Shown: in pieces, positions 10,525 through 18,387 of the stretch
Layout of the letters: the number at the start of each line of letters is the position of its first letter
How positions within the stretch are numbered: the first letter of the stretch is position 1
Source of the DNA: an uncultured Alphaproteobacteria bacterium
GTDB taxonomy: Bacteria; Pseudomonadota; Alphaproteobacteria; Rhizobiales; Beijerinckiaceae
NCBI GenBank assembly: GCA_937988775.1
Contig: CALKHP010000048.1
Coordinates: 55,519 to 119,518, forward strand
DNA: 64,000 nt
Direction of reading: 5' to 3'
Position numbers and translations under genes: made by a program
The notes under the pieces: model-generated
The model's database searches: none
What the model was told of the DNA's origin: nothing
The model's input: only the letters and a program-made list of their open reading frames with translations

Positions 10525-10582
10525 TCATGGCCGCCCTGTGATCGCCGGGCCGCGCCAGCGGCCCTTGCGGTCTCCGATCACG

Positions 10583-10612
10583 AAAAAGCCGCCCCGACCG
10601 GGCGGCTTTTTC
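10583..10612 (+). terminator. Rho-independent terminator after rpmG (bidirectional-looking)
   Basis: AAAAAGCCGCCC-CGAC-CGGGCGGCTTTTTCG: a GC stem flanked by an A-tract and a T-tract. Confidence 0.75.
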
Positions 10613-10916
10613 GTTGGCGTGATCTCGAAAGATGGTGGCCGGGCGGAAGTGACACGAGGAGGCCACTCTTGCCACTTCCGCACCGGCCGAACCCCTCGGG
10701 ACCCAGGAGATGCGGCGGACCTGAGCATCCAGGGGGTACGCGAGAGCATTGCTGCCCTCGCCTAGGCAAGGAACCTACAGCGTTAGCGAATGATTGCAAC
10801 GGCGCAGCGTGGTTAATGGCGGGTTACTTTTCCCGCAAGGTAAAGACGCGTGGTTGACGGACAGGGTTTACGGACAGGGAAGCCAGGAAGCCCGATTGGG
10901 ATCCCGCTCCCCCTCG

Positions 10917-10991
10917 CCTCATGCTGAGCTTGTCGAAGCATGGAGAATCAAGCGCAGGACTGGAACACCCTTCGACAGGCTCAGGGTGAGG
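10917..10991. repeat. Family D palindromic element (CTCATCCTGAGCTTGTCGAAG-type arms)
   Basis: CCTCATGCTGAGCTTGTCGAAGCATGG ... CCTTCGACAGGCTCAGGGTGAGG. The arms are near reverse complements. Related copies are at 22161 and 29148. Confidence 0.8.
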
Positions 10992-11013
10992 TCGCGTACA
11001 ACAGGGCCGCTCT

Positions 11014-12390
11014 CTACGCCGCGTTGGCGACGACCTTGTTCCGCCCGGCCCGCTTGGCCTGGTACAGCGCCTCGTCGGCACGCTTGAGCAGGGTGTCGAT
11101 GGCGCTTTCGTCGGGCGCGAGCCCCGCCATGCCGATCGAGCAGGTCAGGTTGATCGTGCGCGTGCCGCTATGGATGGCGAAACCGTCATTCTCGATGGCG
11201 CGCCGGATGCGCTCGGCGGCATGGAAGGCCACGACGGAATCGGTATCGGGCATCGCCACCACGAACTCCTCGCCGCCGAATCGGGCGAGCAGGTCGACGC
11301 CGCGCACATGCTTGCGCAGGCGATTGGCGAATTCGCGCAGCACCTCGTCGCCGGCGTCGTGGCCGTAGCTGTCGTTCACCGCCTTGAAATGGTCGATGTC
11401 GAGGATGCACAGCGTCACGCCCTTGCCGCGCGCCTGGCGCTCGCCGATCAGCGCCGCGAGATGGCTCTGCATGTAGCGCCGGTTGTGCAGGCCGGTCAGC
11501 GGATCGGTGATGGCGAGTTCCATCGAGGCTTGCAGGTTGTCGCGCAGCCGCTCGGCATACCGGCGGTTCTTCACCTGCGTGCGCACGCGCGCCAGCAGTT
11601 CGTTGCGGTCGGTCGGCCGCATCAGATAGTCGTTCACGCCGAGATCGAGCCCGCGCAGCACCTTGGCGTCGCTGTCGGCATCCGAGATCACCACCAGCGG
11701 CAGATGTCGCGTGCGCTCCATCGAGCGCAACTGGCTGCACAGGCGCAACCCGTCGAAATCCTTCAGGCCGAGGCTGATCAGGGCGCAGTCGAAATTCCCC
11801 TCGGCAATGCGCAGCAGCGCCGCCTGCGGGTCGCTCTCGGTCTCGACCGTATGATGCTGCGACAGCGCGCCCTGCATGCGCTCGAGCGCGGCGGCGCGAT
11901 CCTCGACGATCATCACGCGACCGTTCTGGCCGGGCTCCGAGATCGCCTCGATGAACGGGTCGCGGATGCCGAGCGTGCGCGAGGTCGCCTGCGCGCGGGC
12001 GCGCAACTCGTCGGTCATCATCTTGATGCGCACCAGGCTGCGCACGCGGGTCAGCAGCGCCACCTCGCGGATCGGCTTGGTGACGAAATCGTCGGCGCCG
12101 GCCTCGAGCCCCTTCAGGCGGTCGGATGGCTGGTCGAGCGCCGTCACCATGATCACCGGCAGATGGGCCGTGGTCGGTGATGCCTTCAGGCGCCGGCACA
12201 CCTCGAACCCGTCCATGCCCGGCATCATCACGTCGAGCAGCACGATGTCGATGTCGCCGCGTTCGCACAGCGCCAGCGCGTCCGGCCCGTTCATGGCCGT
12301 CAGCACCTCGAAATACTCGGCCGTCAGCCGCGTCTCGAGCAGCTTGACGTTGGCAAAGATGTCATCGACGACGAGAACGCGGGCGGTCAT
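11014..12390 (-). CDS. pleD: Response regulator diguanylate cyclase (REC-REC-GGDEF)
   Basis: MTARVLVVDDIFANVKLLE..., a second receiver domain, and a GGDEF domain with RFGGEEFVV. It lies immediately downstream of divK. Confidence 0.9.
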   Translation of the reverse strand: MTARVLVVDDIFANVKLLETRLTAEYFEVLTAMNGPDALALCERGDIDIVLLDVMMPGMDGFEVCRRLKASPTTAHLPVIMVTALDQPSDRLKGLEAGADDFVTKPIREVALLTRVRSLVRIKMMTDELRARAQATSRTLGIRDPFIEAISEPGQNGRVMIVEDRAAALERMQGALSQHHTVETESDPQAALLRIAEGNFDCALISLGLKDFDGLRLCSQLRSMERTRHLPLVVISDADSDAKVLRGLDLGVNDYLMRPTDRNELLARVRTQVKNRRYAERLRDNLQASMELAITDPLTGLHNRRYMQSHLAALIGERQARGKGVTLCILDIDHFKAVNDSYGHDAGDEVLREFANRLRKHVRGVDLLARFGGEEFVVAMPDTDSVVAFHAAERIRRAIENDGFAIHSGTRTINLTCSIGMAGLAPDESAIDTLLKRADEALYQAKRAGRNKVVANAA

Positions 12391-12393
12391 GGT

Positions 12394-12762
12394 TCAGCTA
12401 CCGGCATAATTTCGGACGGTGTCGAGGAATTTCGACACGGAGATCGGCTTGGAGAGATAGGCTTCGCAGCCGCTCTCGCGAATGCGCTCCTCGTCGCCCT
12501 TCATCGCGAAAGCCGTGATCGCGACCACGGGAATGGCGCGCAATTCCTCATCTTCCTTCAGCCAGCGCGTGACGTCGATGCCGGACACTTCGGGCAACTG
12601 GATGTCCATCAGGATCAGGTCGGGCTTGTGCTGGCGGGCGAGTTCGATACCGTCCAGACCGTTGCGCGCCTGCACGGTTTCATAGCCATGCGCACGCAGC
12701 AGATCATTGAACAGCTTCATGTTCAGTTCGTTGTCCTCGACAATGAGAACGGTTTTCGCCAT
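12394..12762 (-). CDS. divK: Single-domain cell-cycle response regulator
   Basis: [28 protein letters not shown]...[12 protein letters not shown]...AFAMKGDEE...YLSKPIS. Its stop is 3 nt before the pleD start. The ORF's 14-aa N-terminal extension is discounted. Confidence 0.88.
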   Translation of the reverse strand: MAKTVLIVEDNELNMKLFNDLLRAHGYETVQARNGLDGIELARQHKPDLILMDIQLPEVSGIDVTRWLKEDEELRAIPVVAITAFAMKGDEERIRESGCEAYLSKPISVSKFLDTVRNYAGS

Positions 12763-12855
12763 TGCGATACCTATTGGGTCGTCCCGTCGGCCGCTTCTGG
12801 CCACCGCTCACGACCATAGCGCCAAGAGATTGATGAAACGCAAAAGGCTATCGAA

Positions 12856-13167
12856 GTGGAGAGACCTTTTTCACCAAAGATTCATAAACGAATTCCGGTC
12901 GATCCTGTGGCGCTCGCCGCCGCCGGCCTCGGCTTCATCGCCGCCGACGAGGAGCGTTTGCAGCGCTTCCTGACCCTGACCGGGCTCGATCCGGCGGCGA
13001 TCCGCGCCGCCGCCGCCGAGCCGGGCTTCGCCCTCGCCGTGCTCGACTTCATCGGCGAGAATGATGCGACGACGCTCGCCTTCGCGGCGGAAAACGGCCT
13101 CAGCGGCGAGGATGTCGCCGCCGCGCGCCAGAAACTCGCCGGCGCGCAGGAGTGGACCGGGGAGTAA
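12856..13167 (+). CDS. DUF3572-like small protein (conserved neighbour of divK-pleD)
   Basis: 103-aa ORF with a GTG start, divergent from divK. The family assignment is from memory of the sequence type (…GLGFIAADEERLQRFLTLTGLDP…). Confidence 0.6.
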   Translation: MERPFSPKIHKRIPVDPVALAAAGLGFIAADEERLQRFLTLTGLDPAAIRAAAAEPGFALAVLDFIGENDATTLAFAAENGLSGEDVAAARQKLAGAQEWTGE

Positions 13168-13169
13168 CC

Positions 13170-13283
13170 CCTTCCCTTCTCCCGCCTGCGGGAGAAGGTG
13201 GCACGAAGTGCCGGATGAGGGGGGAAGCGCCTCCTCCCTCATCCCCCTGCCGGGACCTTCTCCCGCAAGCGGGAGAAGGGGAA
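13170..13283. repeat. Family E nested palindromic element
   Basis: CCTTCTCCCGCCTGCGGGAGAAGG ... GGATGAGGGG..CCCTCATCC ... CCTTCTCCCGCAAGCGGGAGAAGG. A second copy is at 54931..55045. Confidence 0.8.
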
Positions 13284-13301
13284 TAATTCCGGCCGCCCCC
13301 C

Positions 13302-16300
13302 CTACGCCGCTTTCCCGCCAGCCGGTTTCGGCGGCATGGCCTGTTCCTTCGGCTGTGTCGCGGCGGCCGGAACCACGGCTGGGAAGCGTTTGTGGTAGCT
13401 GTCGAGGAACGCCTTGAGCGTATCGGCGGAGACGACGGCGCGCGCCACCTCGCGAAAATCGCTTGGCCGGGTCGCGGCCTCGCCGGCGATCAGGCTGAAC
13501 GTATGCGCATCGGCGCTGTCGGCCATCAGCCCGGCATATTTGGTGCGCAGCCGGTCGAGCCCGATGGCGTCGTCGCCCAGCACATAGGCCACCGCCGCGC
13601 GCAGCACGTCCATGCGCGCGCCGTCGCCGAGCGGTGCCGCCTCGCGCCAGCGATCGTGCAGCTTGAGTTCCAGCGCCTCGCCGGCGGCGCGCCAGCGCTT
13701 GCCGCGCCACAGGATGTCGGCGCGCAGCTGCTCGGCCTCGGGGCCATCCTGCGCGGCGGCGATCTCGAACGCCGCGTCGGTCAGCGACAATTCGGACAGG
13801 CCGCGCGCCTCGAGCATGGCGCGGCCGCGCGCAAGCTCCTTCGGCAGGCCGTTGAGCCGCGTCTCGCGCAGCACCTCCACCGCCTCGGACGGCTTGTGGT
13901 TGCGCAGGTACAGCACCGCCAGCGAGGCGGCGACACGCGAGCGGGCGACGCCCTCCAGACGGTGGTCGACCTGATGGCGCAACAGGCCGGTCGCCTGGTC
14001 GAGCAGGTCGAGATCGGCGAGGCGGTCGGCGAGATGCCGGATCATCTCGTCGCCGTCGCGGCCGGGCGGGGTGAGATTCTTGAAATCGTAATACAGGCCG
14101 AGCGCCTCGACCTTGGACAGGCCCTTGTCCTTGCCGTCGATGAACATCGCGGCGAAGGTCTTGGCCATCGCATCCTGCAACGCGCGCGCCGCCGGGTGGT
14201 CGGGCATGATCTGCACCGCGCGCCGCGCCGCGCCGAACGCCTCGCGCCAGCGCCCGGTGGCGGCATAGAGCTTGCCGAGTTCCGCCAGCGCCCGCACCTC
14301 GACATCGCCCCGGCGCCAGATCGCGCCGATGGTCTCGAGTTCGGCGATCGCCGCCTCGCGGTCGATCTTGTTGCGCTCCAGCTGGAACAGCACACGCTCG
14401 AGCCGGGCGCGCGCCTCGACCTCGCGATCGCCCTTCGTAGCGATCTCGAATTGGCGCAGCGCCTCATCGTCGCGGCCGAGCATCGCCGCCGCGCGGCCGC
14501 GTTGCAGCGCGGCCAGCGCCAGATTCGGGCTGACGCCCTGCAGGCTCTCGTAACGCACGATCTGGTCGCGCGCGAAAACCGGGTCGCCGCCGGCCAGCGC
14601 CGCCTCGATCACCAGCGGCCGCAGCAACAGGTTGAGCCCTTCCGGGTATCCGTCCAGGATCGGCATCGCTTTGCGGAACCCGACCAGGGCGGCCGGCCAC
14701 GCCTGTTCGCGCGCCTTGAGCGCCGCCCGCCACAATTGCGCTTCCGGGTCGTCGGCGAGCTTCGGCCGCGCCAGCAGCGCATAGGCCTCGCGCGCCCGGT
14801 CGCCCAGCACCGCCGCCATCAGCTGCGCCATCAGCACCGGCTTCGACGAGCCGGCGATCTCATCGTCGCTGGCGAGCACGCTCAGCACGGCGCCCGCCTC
14901 CGGGAAGAAGCGGTTGGCAAGCAGGAAACGGGCGAGCCGCAGCCGCGCCTGCGCGCGCTCGGCCTTGGGCGCATCGGCCGCCGCCTCGCGCAGCGCCGCC
15001 TCGTGCAGGCGGATATTGCCGGTGGTGTCGGCATTCCAGACATCCGCCTCGACATTGCTTTCCGGCGCCGGCTCATCGGCCGCGCCGTGCTGGGCCTCGG
15101 CCGCCGAAAGCACCAGCCCCTGCTCGCGCCCGACCGTGACATCGTCGAGCCCGGCGCTCACGGTGATGTCGTCGGCGAGCGGCTTGAACACCAGCCCATG
15201 CGCCGTGCGCAGCGCCTCGACTTCGACGAAGCTGCGGTTCTTCGGCAGGCCCCGGGCCGGGCCGAGCGCCGTTACCACGGCGAGCCGGTCGCCGGCGTCC
15301 GGATCGTCGAGCCAGAACACCGCGCCCGCCTTGGCAAGATGCGCGGTCAGCGCCGTGCGCCCGGCGCTGTTGAAGCCCGGCCTGAGGTCGATCGGCGTCG
15401 CGCCGGCGAGAAGGTCGTCGCCGATCGTCGCGACCCAGCCGTCGCCGGCCGGCGCCAGCGTCAGGATCGCCGCCGTGCGCAAGGTCAGCTTCAGCACCGA
15501 GACGCCGGCGCCGTGCTGGAACGTCATTGCCGAAACCGCCGCCCGCGCCATCTCGGGCAGGTCGCCCGGCGCGATCGCCTGGCGATCCTCGAACACCAGC
15601 CACACCGTATTCGCGCGCTGGAACGCGGCGGCCGGAACCGGCCGGTCGAAAGCAAACGCCACGCGCAGGCTGTTGCCGACACGCTCGAAGGCCGGCTGCA
15701 CGATCCTGTTGGAAAGCACGGGCGCCGGCGCTGCCACCGCTTCCGCCTTGGCAGGTGGCGCGGGTGACGGCGGCGCCACCTTCACCGGCACGATTTCAGG
15801 CTTGGCGGCTTCAGGCTTGGCGGCTTCAGGTTTGGCCGCCGTGACGCGCGGCAGCACGATGTCGAGCATATAGCCGTCATCCTCGCGCGCGCCGCGCAAT
15901 GTCACGCCCTTCGCCGTCGCCAGCGACACCACGAGCCGCCCATCCTCGGCCTCGGCCGTGATCGCGGTCAGGCTCGCCGGCAAATCCGGCTTGATGGTGC
16001 GCGGCTCGAAGCGCAGCGGCGCGGAAAATTCCAGCTTGGCGCCGCCCTCCTCCGGGCGCAGCTCGACGGGCACGCTTGCCGCGACCGGAAACACGATGCG
16101 CGTATAGGCCGGCGTCTTGATGACGCGCGCCGCGATCAGCTTCGGCTCGCCCTGCGGCACGCCGGCGATCTGCTTCAGCTTCGCTTCGGCCGCGAGCGCA
16201 CGCAGCGCCAGCGCCTGCACCACCTCCGGCGGCAGGCCCGGCGGCAGGCCGGCCCAACTGGCGGGCAGCAGGTCGATAAACAATTTTTCGCCGGCCGCCA

Positions 16301-16658
16301 GCAGGTTGACGCGATATTGCGCCGTCAGCGCCAGGCGCAGCGCCTTGCCATCGGGATCGAGCCGGGCGACCGAGATATAGCGCGACAATTGCCCGGAGAG
16401 CTTCGAGAGGTCGAGCGTCACCGGCCGGTCGAAATCGACCACCAGGATGCCGTTGGCGAGCCGCGTGCGCGCCTGGACGATCTCCTTGAAATCCAGCGCC
16501 GCGCGGCCGTAGCCCTGCTCCTGCACGCCGGTCACCGTGCCGGAAACCGTCGCGGCCGCCGCCGGCGGCGCCATCGCCAGCACGCCGAGCGCCGCCGCCA
16601 CGAGGCCGGCCCGCGCGCGGCGTGGCAGCAGGGCGAGAGCCCGCATCGGCATGGACAT
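13302..16658 (-). CDS. Large secreted protein of unknown function: N-terminal beta-rich modules, KPEAA linker, C-terminal TPR-like helical repeats
   Basis: ORF 13302..16700. The likely start is an internal Met (MSMPMRALALLPRRARAGLVAAALGVLAMAPPAAAATV, a signal peptide). It has (AAKPE)x3 encoded by a 15-bp tandem repeat near 15795..15839. The C-terminal half is rich in Ala/Leu/Arg helical repeats. It lies downstream of the fliLM block. Confidence 0.75.
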   Translation of the reverse strand: MSMPMRALALLPRRARAGLVAAALGVLAMAPPAAAATVSGTVTGVQEQGYGRAALDFKEIVQARTRLANGILVVDFDRPVTLDLSKLSGQLSRYISVARLDPDGKALRLALTAQYRVNLLAAGEKLFIDLLPASWAGLPPGLPPEVVQALALRALAAEAKLKQIAGVPQGEPKLIAARVIKTPAYTRIVFPVAASVPVELRPEEGGAKLEFSAPLRFEPRTIKPDLPASLTAITAEAEDGRLVVSLATAKGVTLRGAREDDGYMLDIVLPRVTAAKPEAAKPEAAKPEIVPVKVAPPSPAPPAKAEAVAAPAPVLSNRIVQPAFERVGNSLRVAFAFDRPVPAAAFQRANTVWLVFEDRQAIAPGDLPEMARAAVSAMTFQHGAGVSVLKLTLRTAAILTLAPAGDGWVATIGDDLLAGATPIDLRPGFNSAGRTALTAHLAKAGAVFWLDDPDAGDRLAVVTALGPARGLPKNRSFVEVEALRTAHGLVFKPLADDITVSAGLDDVTVGREQGLVLSAAEAQHGAADEPAPESNVEADVWNADTTGNIRLHEAALREAAADAPKAERAQARLRLARFLLANRFFPEAGAVLSVLASDDEIAGSSKPVLMAQLMAAVLGDRAREAYALLARPKLADDPEAQLWRAALKAREQAWPAALVGFRKAMPILDGYPEGLNLLLRPLVIEAALAGGDPVFARDQIVRYESLQGVSPNLALAALQRGRAAAMLGRDDEALRQFEIATKGDREVEARARLERVLFQLERNKIDREAAIAELETIGAIWRRGDVEVRALAELGKLYAATGRWREAFGAARRAVQIMPDHPAARALQDAMAKTFAAMFIDGKDKGLSKVEALGLYYDFKNLTPPGRDGDEMIRHLADRLADLDLLDQATGLLRHQVDHRLEGVARSRVAASLAVLYLRNHKPSEAVEVLRETRLNGLPKELARGRAMLEARGLSELSLTDAAFEIAAAQDGPEAEQLRADILWRGKRWRAAGEALELKLHDRWREAAPLGDGARMDVLRAAVAYVLGDDAIGLDRLRTKYAGLMADSADAHTFSLIAGEAATRPSDFREVARAVVSADTLKAFLDSYHKRFPAVVPAAATQPKEQAMPPKPAGGKAA

Positions 16659-16810
16659 GGCGGAACGCAACACGGGCGGCAACCAGGCTTGAGCGGCCAC
16701 CGCATGTGGCCATTTGGCACCAGCCTAGCCGCCCATGCCTAATACCGGCTCAAGAGACATGGTGAACGCTTGCTTTATGGCTGGGGGCCGCGCCCGGCAT
16801 GCGCTCGCGC

Positions 16811-16920
16811 CTTTCCGAAGCGGGATCGGCCGGTCAAGCCGGCCGATGACGGCTGAAAGGTCTACGCTGCCTTCTCCGCCGTCATGGGACGGCTTGACCG
16901 GCCGATCCCGATGCGAAAGG
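16811..16920. repeat. Family A compound palindromic element (about 110 bp)
   Basis: Arm 1 is CCTTTCCGAAGCGGGATCGGCCGGTCAAGCCGGCCGATGACGGC. Arm 2 is GCCGTCATGGGACGGCTTGACCGGCCGATCCCGATGCGAAAGG, a near reverse complement. The same family occurs at 21864, 25898, 36061 and 38078. Confidence 0.85.
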
Positions 16921-16936
16921 CGCCTTGTTTCCATGG

Positions 16937-17011
16937 ACCCCGGCTCAAGGCCGGGGCAAGACGGTTGAGGAACACCCCCGCATCTTGTCCCGGCCTTGCG
17001 CCGGGACCCAG
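16937..17011. repeat. Two family C hairpins (GTCCCGGCCTTGnGCCGGGACCCA-type)
   Basis: ACCCCGGCTCAAGGCCGGGGC and TGTCCCGGCCTTGCGCCGGGACCCA. Confidence 0.7.
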
Positions 17012-17051
17012 CCGCAGCGTCGCCGCATGCCTTCTGATCGTCCGCTGCGCC

Positions 17052-17936
17052 CTATCGCGGCGGCGCGTCGATGCGCGGCAACTCGCCAGGCGGCAACTCG
17101 GCCTGCTGCTCGGGGGCCGGCGTGGCGCCGGGGCCGCTCATCAGCGCGACGGTCAGCTTCTGCGCCACATCGGGCGACATCGCGGCGATGACATCCGAGA
17201 CCTTGCGCGGGTTCATCGCGTTGACCACCTGCACGAGGTCGCGGATATCGAGCCGGTCGAAGACGCGGGCGGCATCCTTCGGCTTCATCGTCTCGTAGAT
17301 CGTGACGAGGCTCTTCATGCGTTGGGCCTGCATGGCGGCGGGGTCGGGCACGAGGGTCGCGGCCTGCCCGCCCTTGTCCGAACCGTTATTGGCGGCCTGC
17401 TTGCCATTGGCGGCGTCCTTGGCGTCCGTGCCGCCAATATGGCCCTCGATACGCTTTTCCGCAGCCTTGAGCAGGTTCTCGCGCATTTCGAGTTGCTCGC
17501 TGCGCTTGTCGAGGCTGTCGCGGCGCTCGCGCAGCCGTTGCAGGATCTGCATCTCGGCCGGGGCCGGCGCGGGCGGGGCCTGATCGATGGCCGGCCGGAA
17601 ATCGGTCGGCATCTTCACCTCGGGCGTCCCGGCTTTTTGCGGCGCCTCGGCGTTTTTCGGCGCATCCTTTTTCGTCGAGCCGGTGATGATCGCGGCATCG
17701 TCGTCGGGCAGGCCGCGCACATGCGACAGGACGCGCGCGAATTGCGGCGCCGCCGGCTGGCTCACCGGCAGGTTGCCGGCGAAAATATAGCCGCCATGCG
17801 TGACGAGCCCCATCGTCTTGAGGAACAGCAGGCCGACGCCGGCCGCCACCACCACCTGCAGCACGCGCAAAGGCGGCATCCGCCCCTTTGGCAGCATGAT
17901 CCGGCGCCGGCCGGTGGCGTTGGGCGCAAGCGGCAT
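17052..17936 (-). CDS. MotE/FlbB-like flagellar protein (MgtE-N-type domain), N-terminal membrane anchor
   Basis: An internal Met of ORF 17052..18182 gives MPLAPNATGRRRIMLPKGRMPPLRVLQVVVAAGVGLLFL... C-terminal KSLVTIYETMKPKDAARVFDRLDIRDLVQVVNAMNPRKVSDVIAAMSPDVAQKLT. Its ATG overlaps the upstream stop (ATGA at 17934-17938). Confidence 0.7.
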   Translation of the reverse strand: MPLAPNATGRRRIMLPKGRMPPLRVLQVVVAAGVGLLFLKTMGLVTHGGYIFAGNLPVSQPAAPQFARVLSHVRGLPDDDAAIITGSTKKDAPKNAEAPQKAGTPEVKMPTDFRPAIDQAPPAPAPAEMQILQRLRERRDSLDKRSEQLEMRENLLKAAEKRIEGHIGGTDAKDAANGKQAANNGSDKGGQAATLVPDPAAMQAQRMKSLVTIYETMKPKDAARVFDRLDIRDLVQVVNAMNPRKVSDVIAAMSPDVAQKLTVALMSGPGATPAPEQQAELPPGELPRIDAPPR

Positions 17937-18385
17937 CAGTTGGGCGCGCTTGCCGTGCGCTGGCGGATGCGCTGGGCAAGCGCCTGCGCCGCCGCGACCG
18001 TATCGGAGAGTTTCGGCGCGAAGGCGGTTTCGACACCCTCGGCGGCGTGTTCGGCATGGCGCGCCGCGGTGACGATGCGGCCGATGCGGCCGAGCACCTC
18101 GTCGCCGGTGCGGATGCGGCTTTCGAGGTCCTGCGTCGTGCGCTCCGCGATGCGCAGCCGCTCGGCCAGCGACTGGTCGCAATCGGCCAGCGTCTTGCGC
18201 AGGGAATCGATGGCGCGCTCGGCGCGCTCGGTCGCCATGCCGAGATCGATCACGGTGGCGCGCATCTGGCCTTCATCGGCACGCAGGCGTTGCAGCTTGC
18301 GGTCGAGCACGATGCAGTAGCCGACGGTGACGGCGAGCAGCACCGTCACCAGGCTTTCGATGATCATGGCCATGATCGGGCTCAT
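17936..18385 (-). CDS. Small membrane-anchored coiled-coil protein in the flagellar operon (DUF6468-like, assignment from memory)
   Basis: 149 aa. MSPIMAMIIESLVTVLLAVTVGYCIVL (TM helix) followed by a heptad-like region. It starts 2 nt after the fliM stop and overlaps the next gene's start. Confidence 0.65.
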   Translation of the reverse strand: MSPIMAMIIESLVTVLLAVTVGYCIVLDRKLQRLRADEGQMRATVIDLGMATERAERAIDSLRKTLADCDQSLAERLRIAERTTQDLESRIRTGDEVLGRIGRIVTAARHAEHAAEGVETAFAPKLSDTVAAAQALAQRIRQRTASAPN

Positions 18386-18387
18386 CT

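Noticed and set aside
10760-10880. A possible two-piece alphaproteobacterial tmRNA. The frame reads …ALANDCNGAAW…, reminiscent of the ANDN… tag start. GGTTTACGGACAGGG vaguely resembles the GGATTCGACGGG tRNA-like segment, and the minus strand has …GGCCACCA.
   Set aside because: No Ala-Ala-stop ending follows the putative tag. No GGTTCGAnTCC-type T-arm is present on either strand. The order of the elements does not fit either a standard or a permuted ssrA. The AND match is short enough to be chance. It should still be run through ARAGORN or Infernal.
16713-16727. A sigma54-like motif TGGCACCAGCCTAGC on the plus strand.
   Set aside because: It points into a repeat-filled gap with no plus-strand gene downstream for more than 3 kb, and it is on the wrong strand for the adjacent 1,100-aa gene. 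It is most likely a chance match.
16735-16968. Small ORFs lying inside repeat elements (16735..16968, 16725..16934, 21539..21976, 25752..25988, 25720..25926, 36075..36284, 38011..38289, 38152..38349, 54806..55113).
   Set aside because: Their sequences (…GIGRSSRPMTAE…, …SFPRRRESG…, …LIPLPGPSPAGGRRE…) are simply translations of the palindromic repeat families. They recur in both orientations and frames and have no start-site context.
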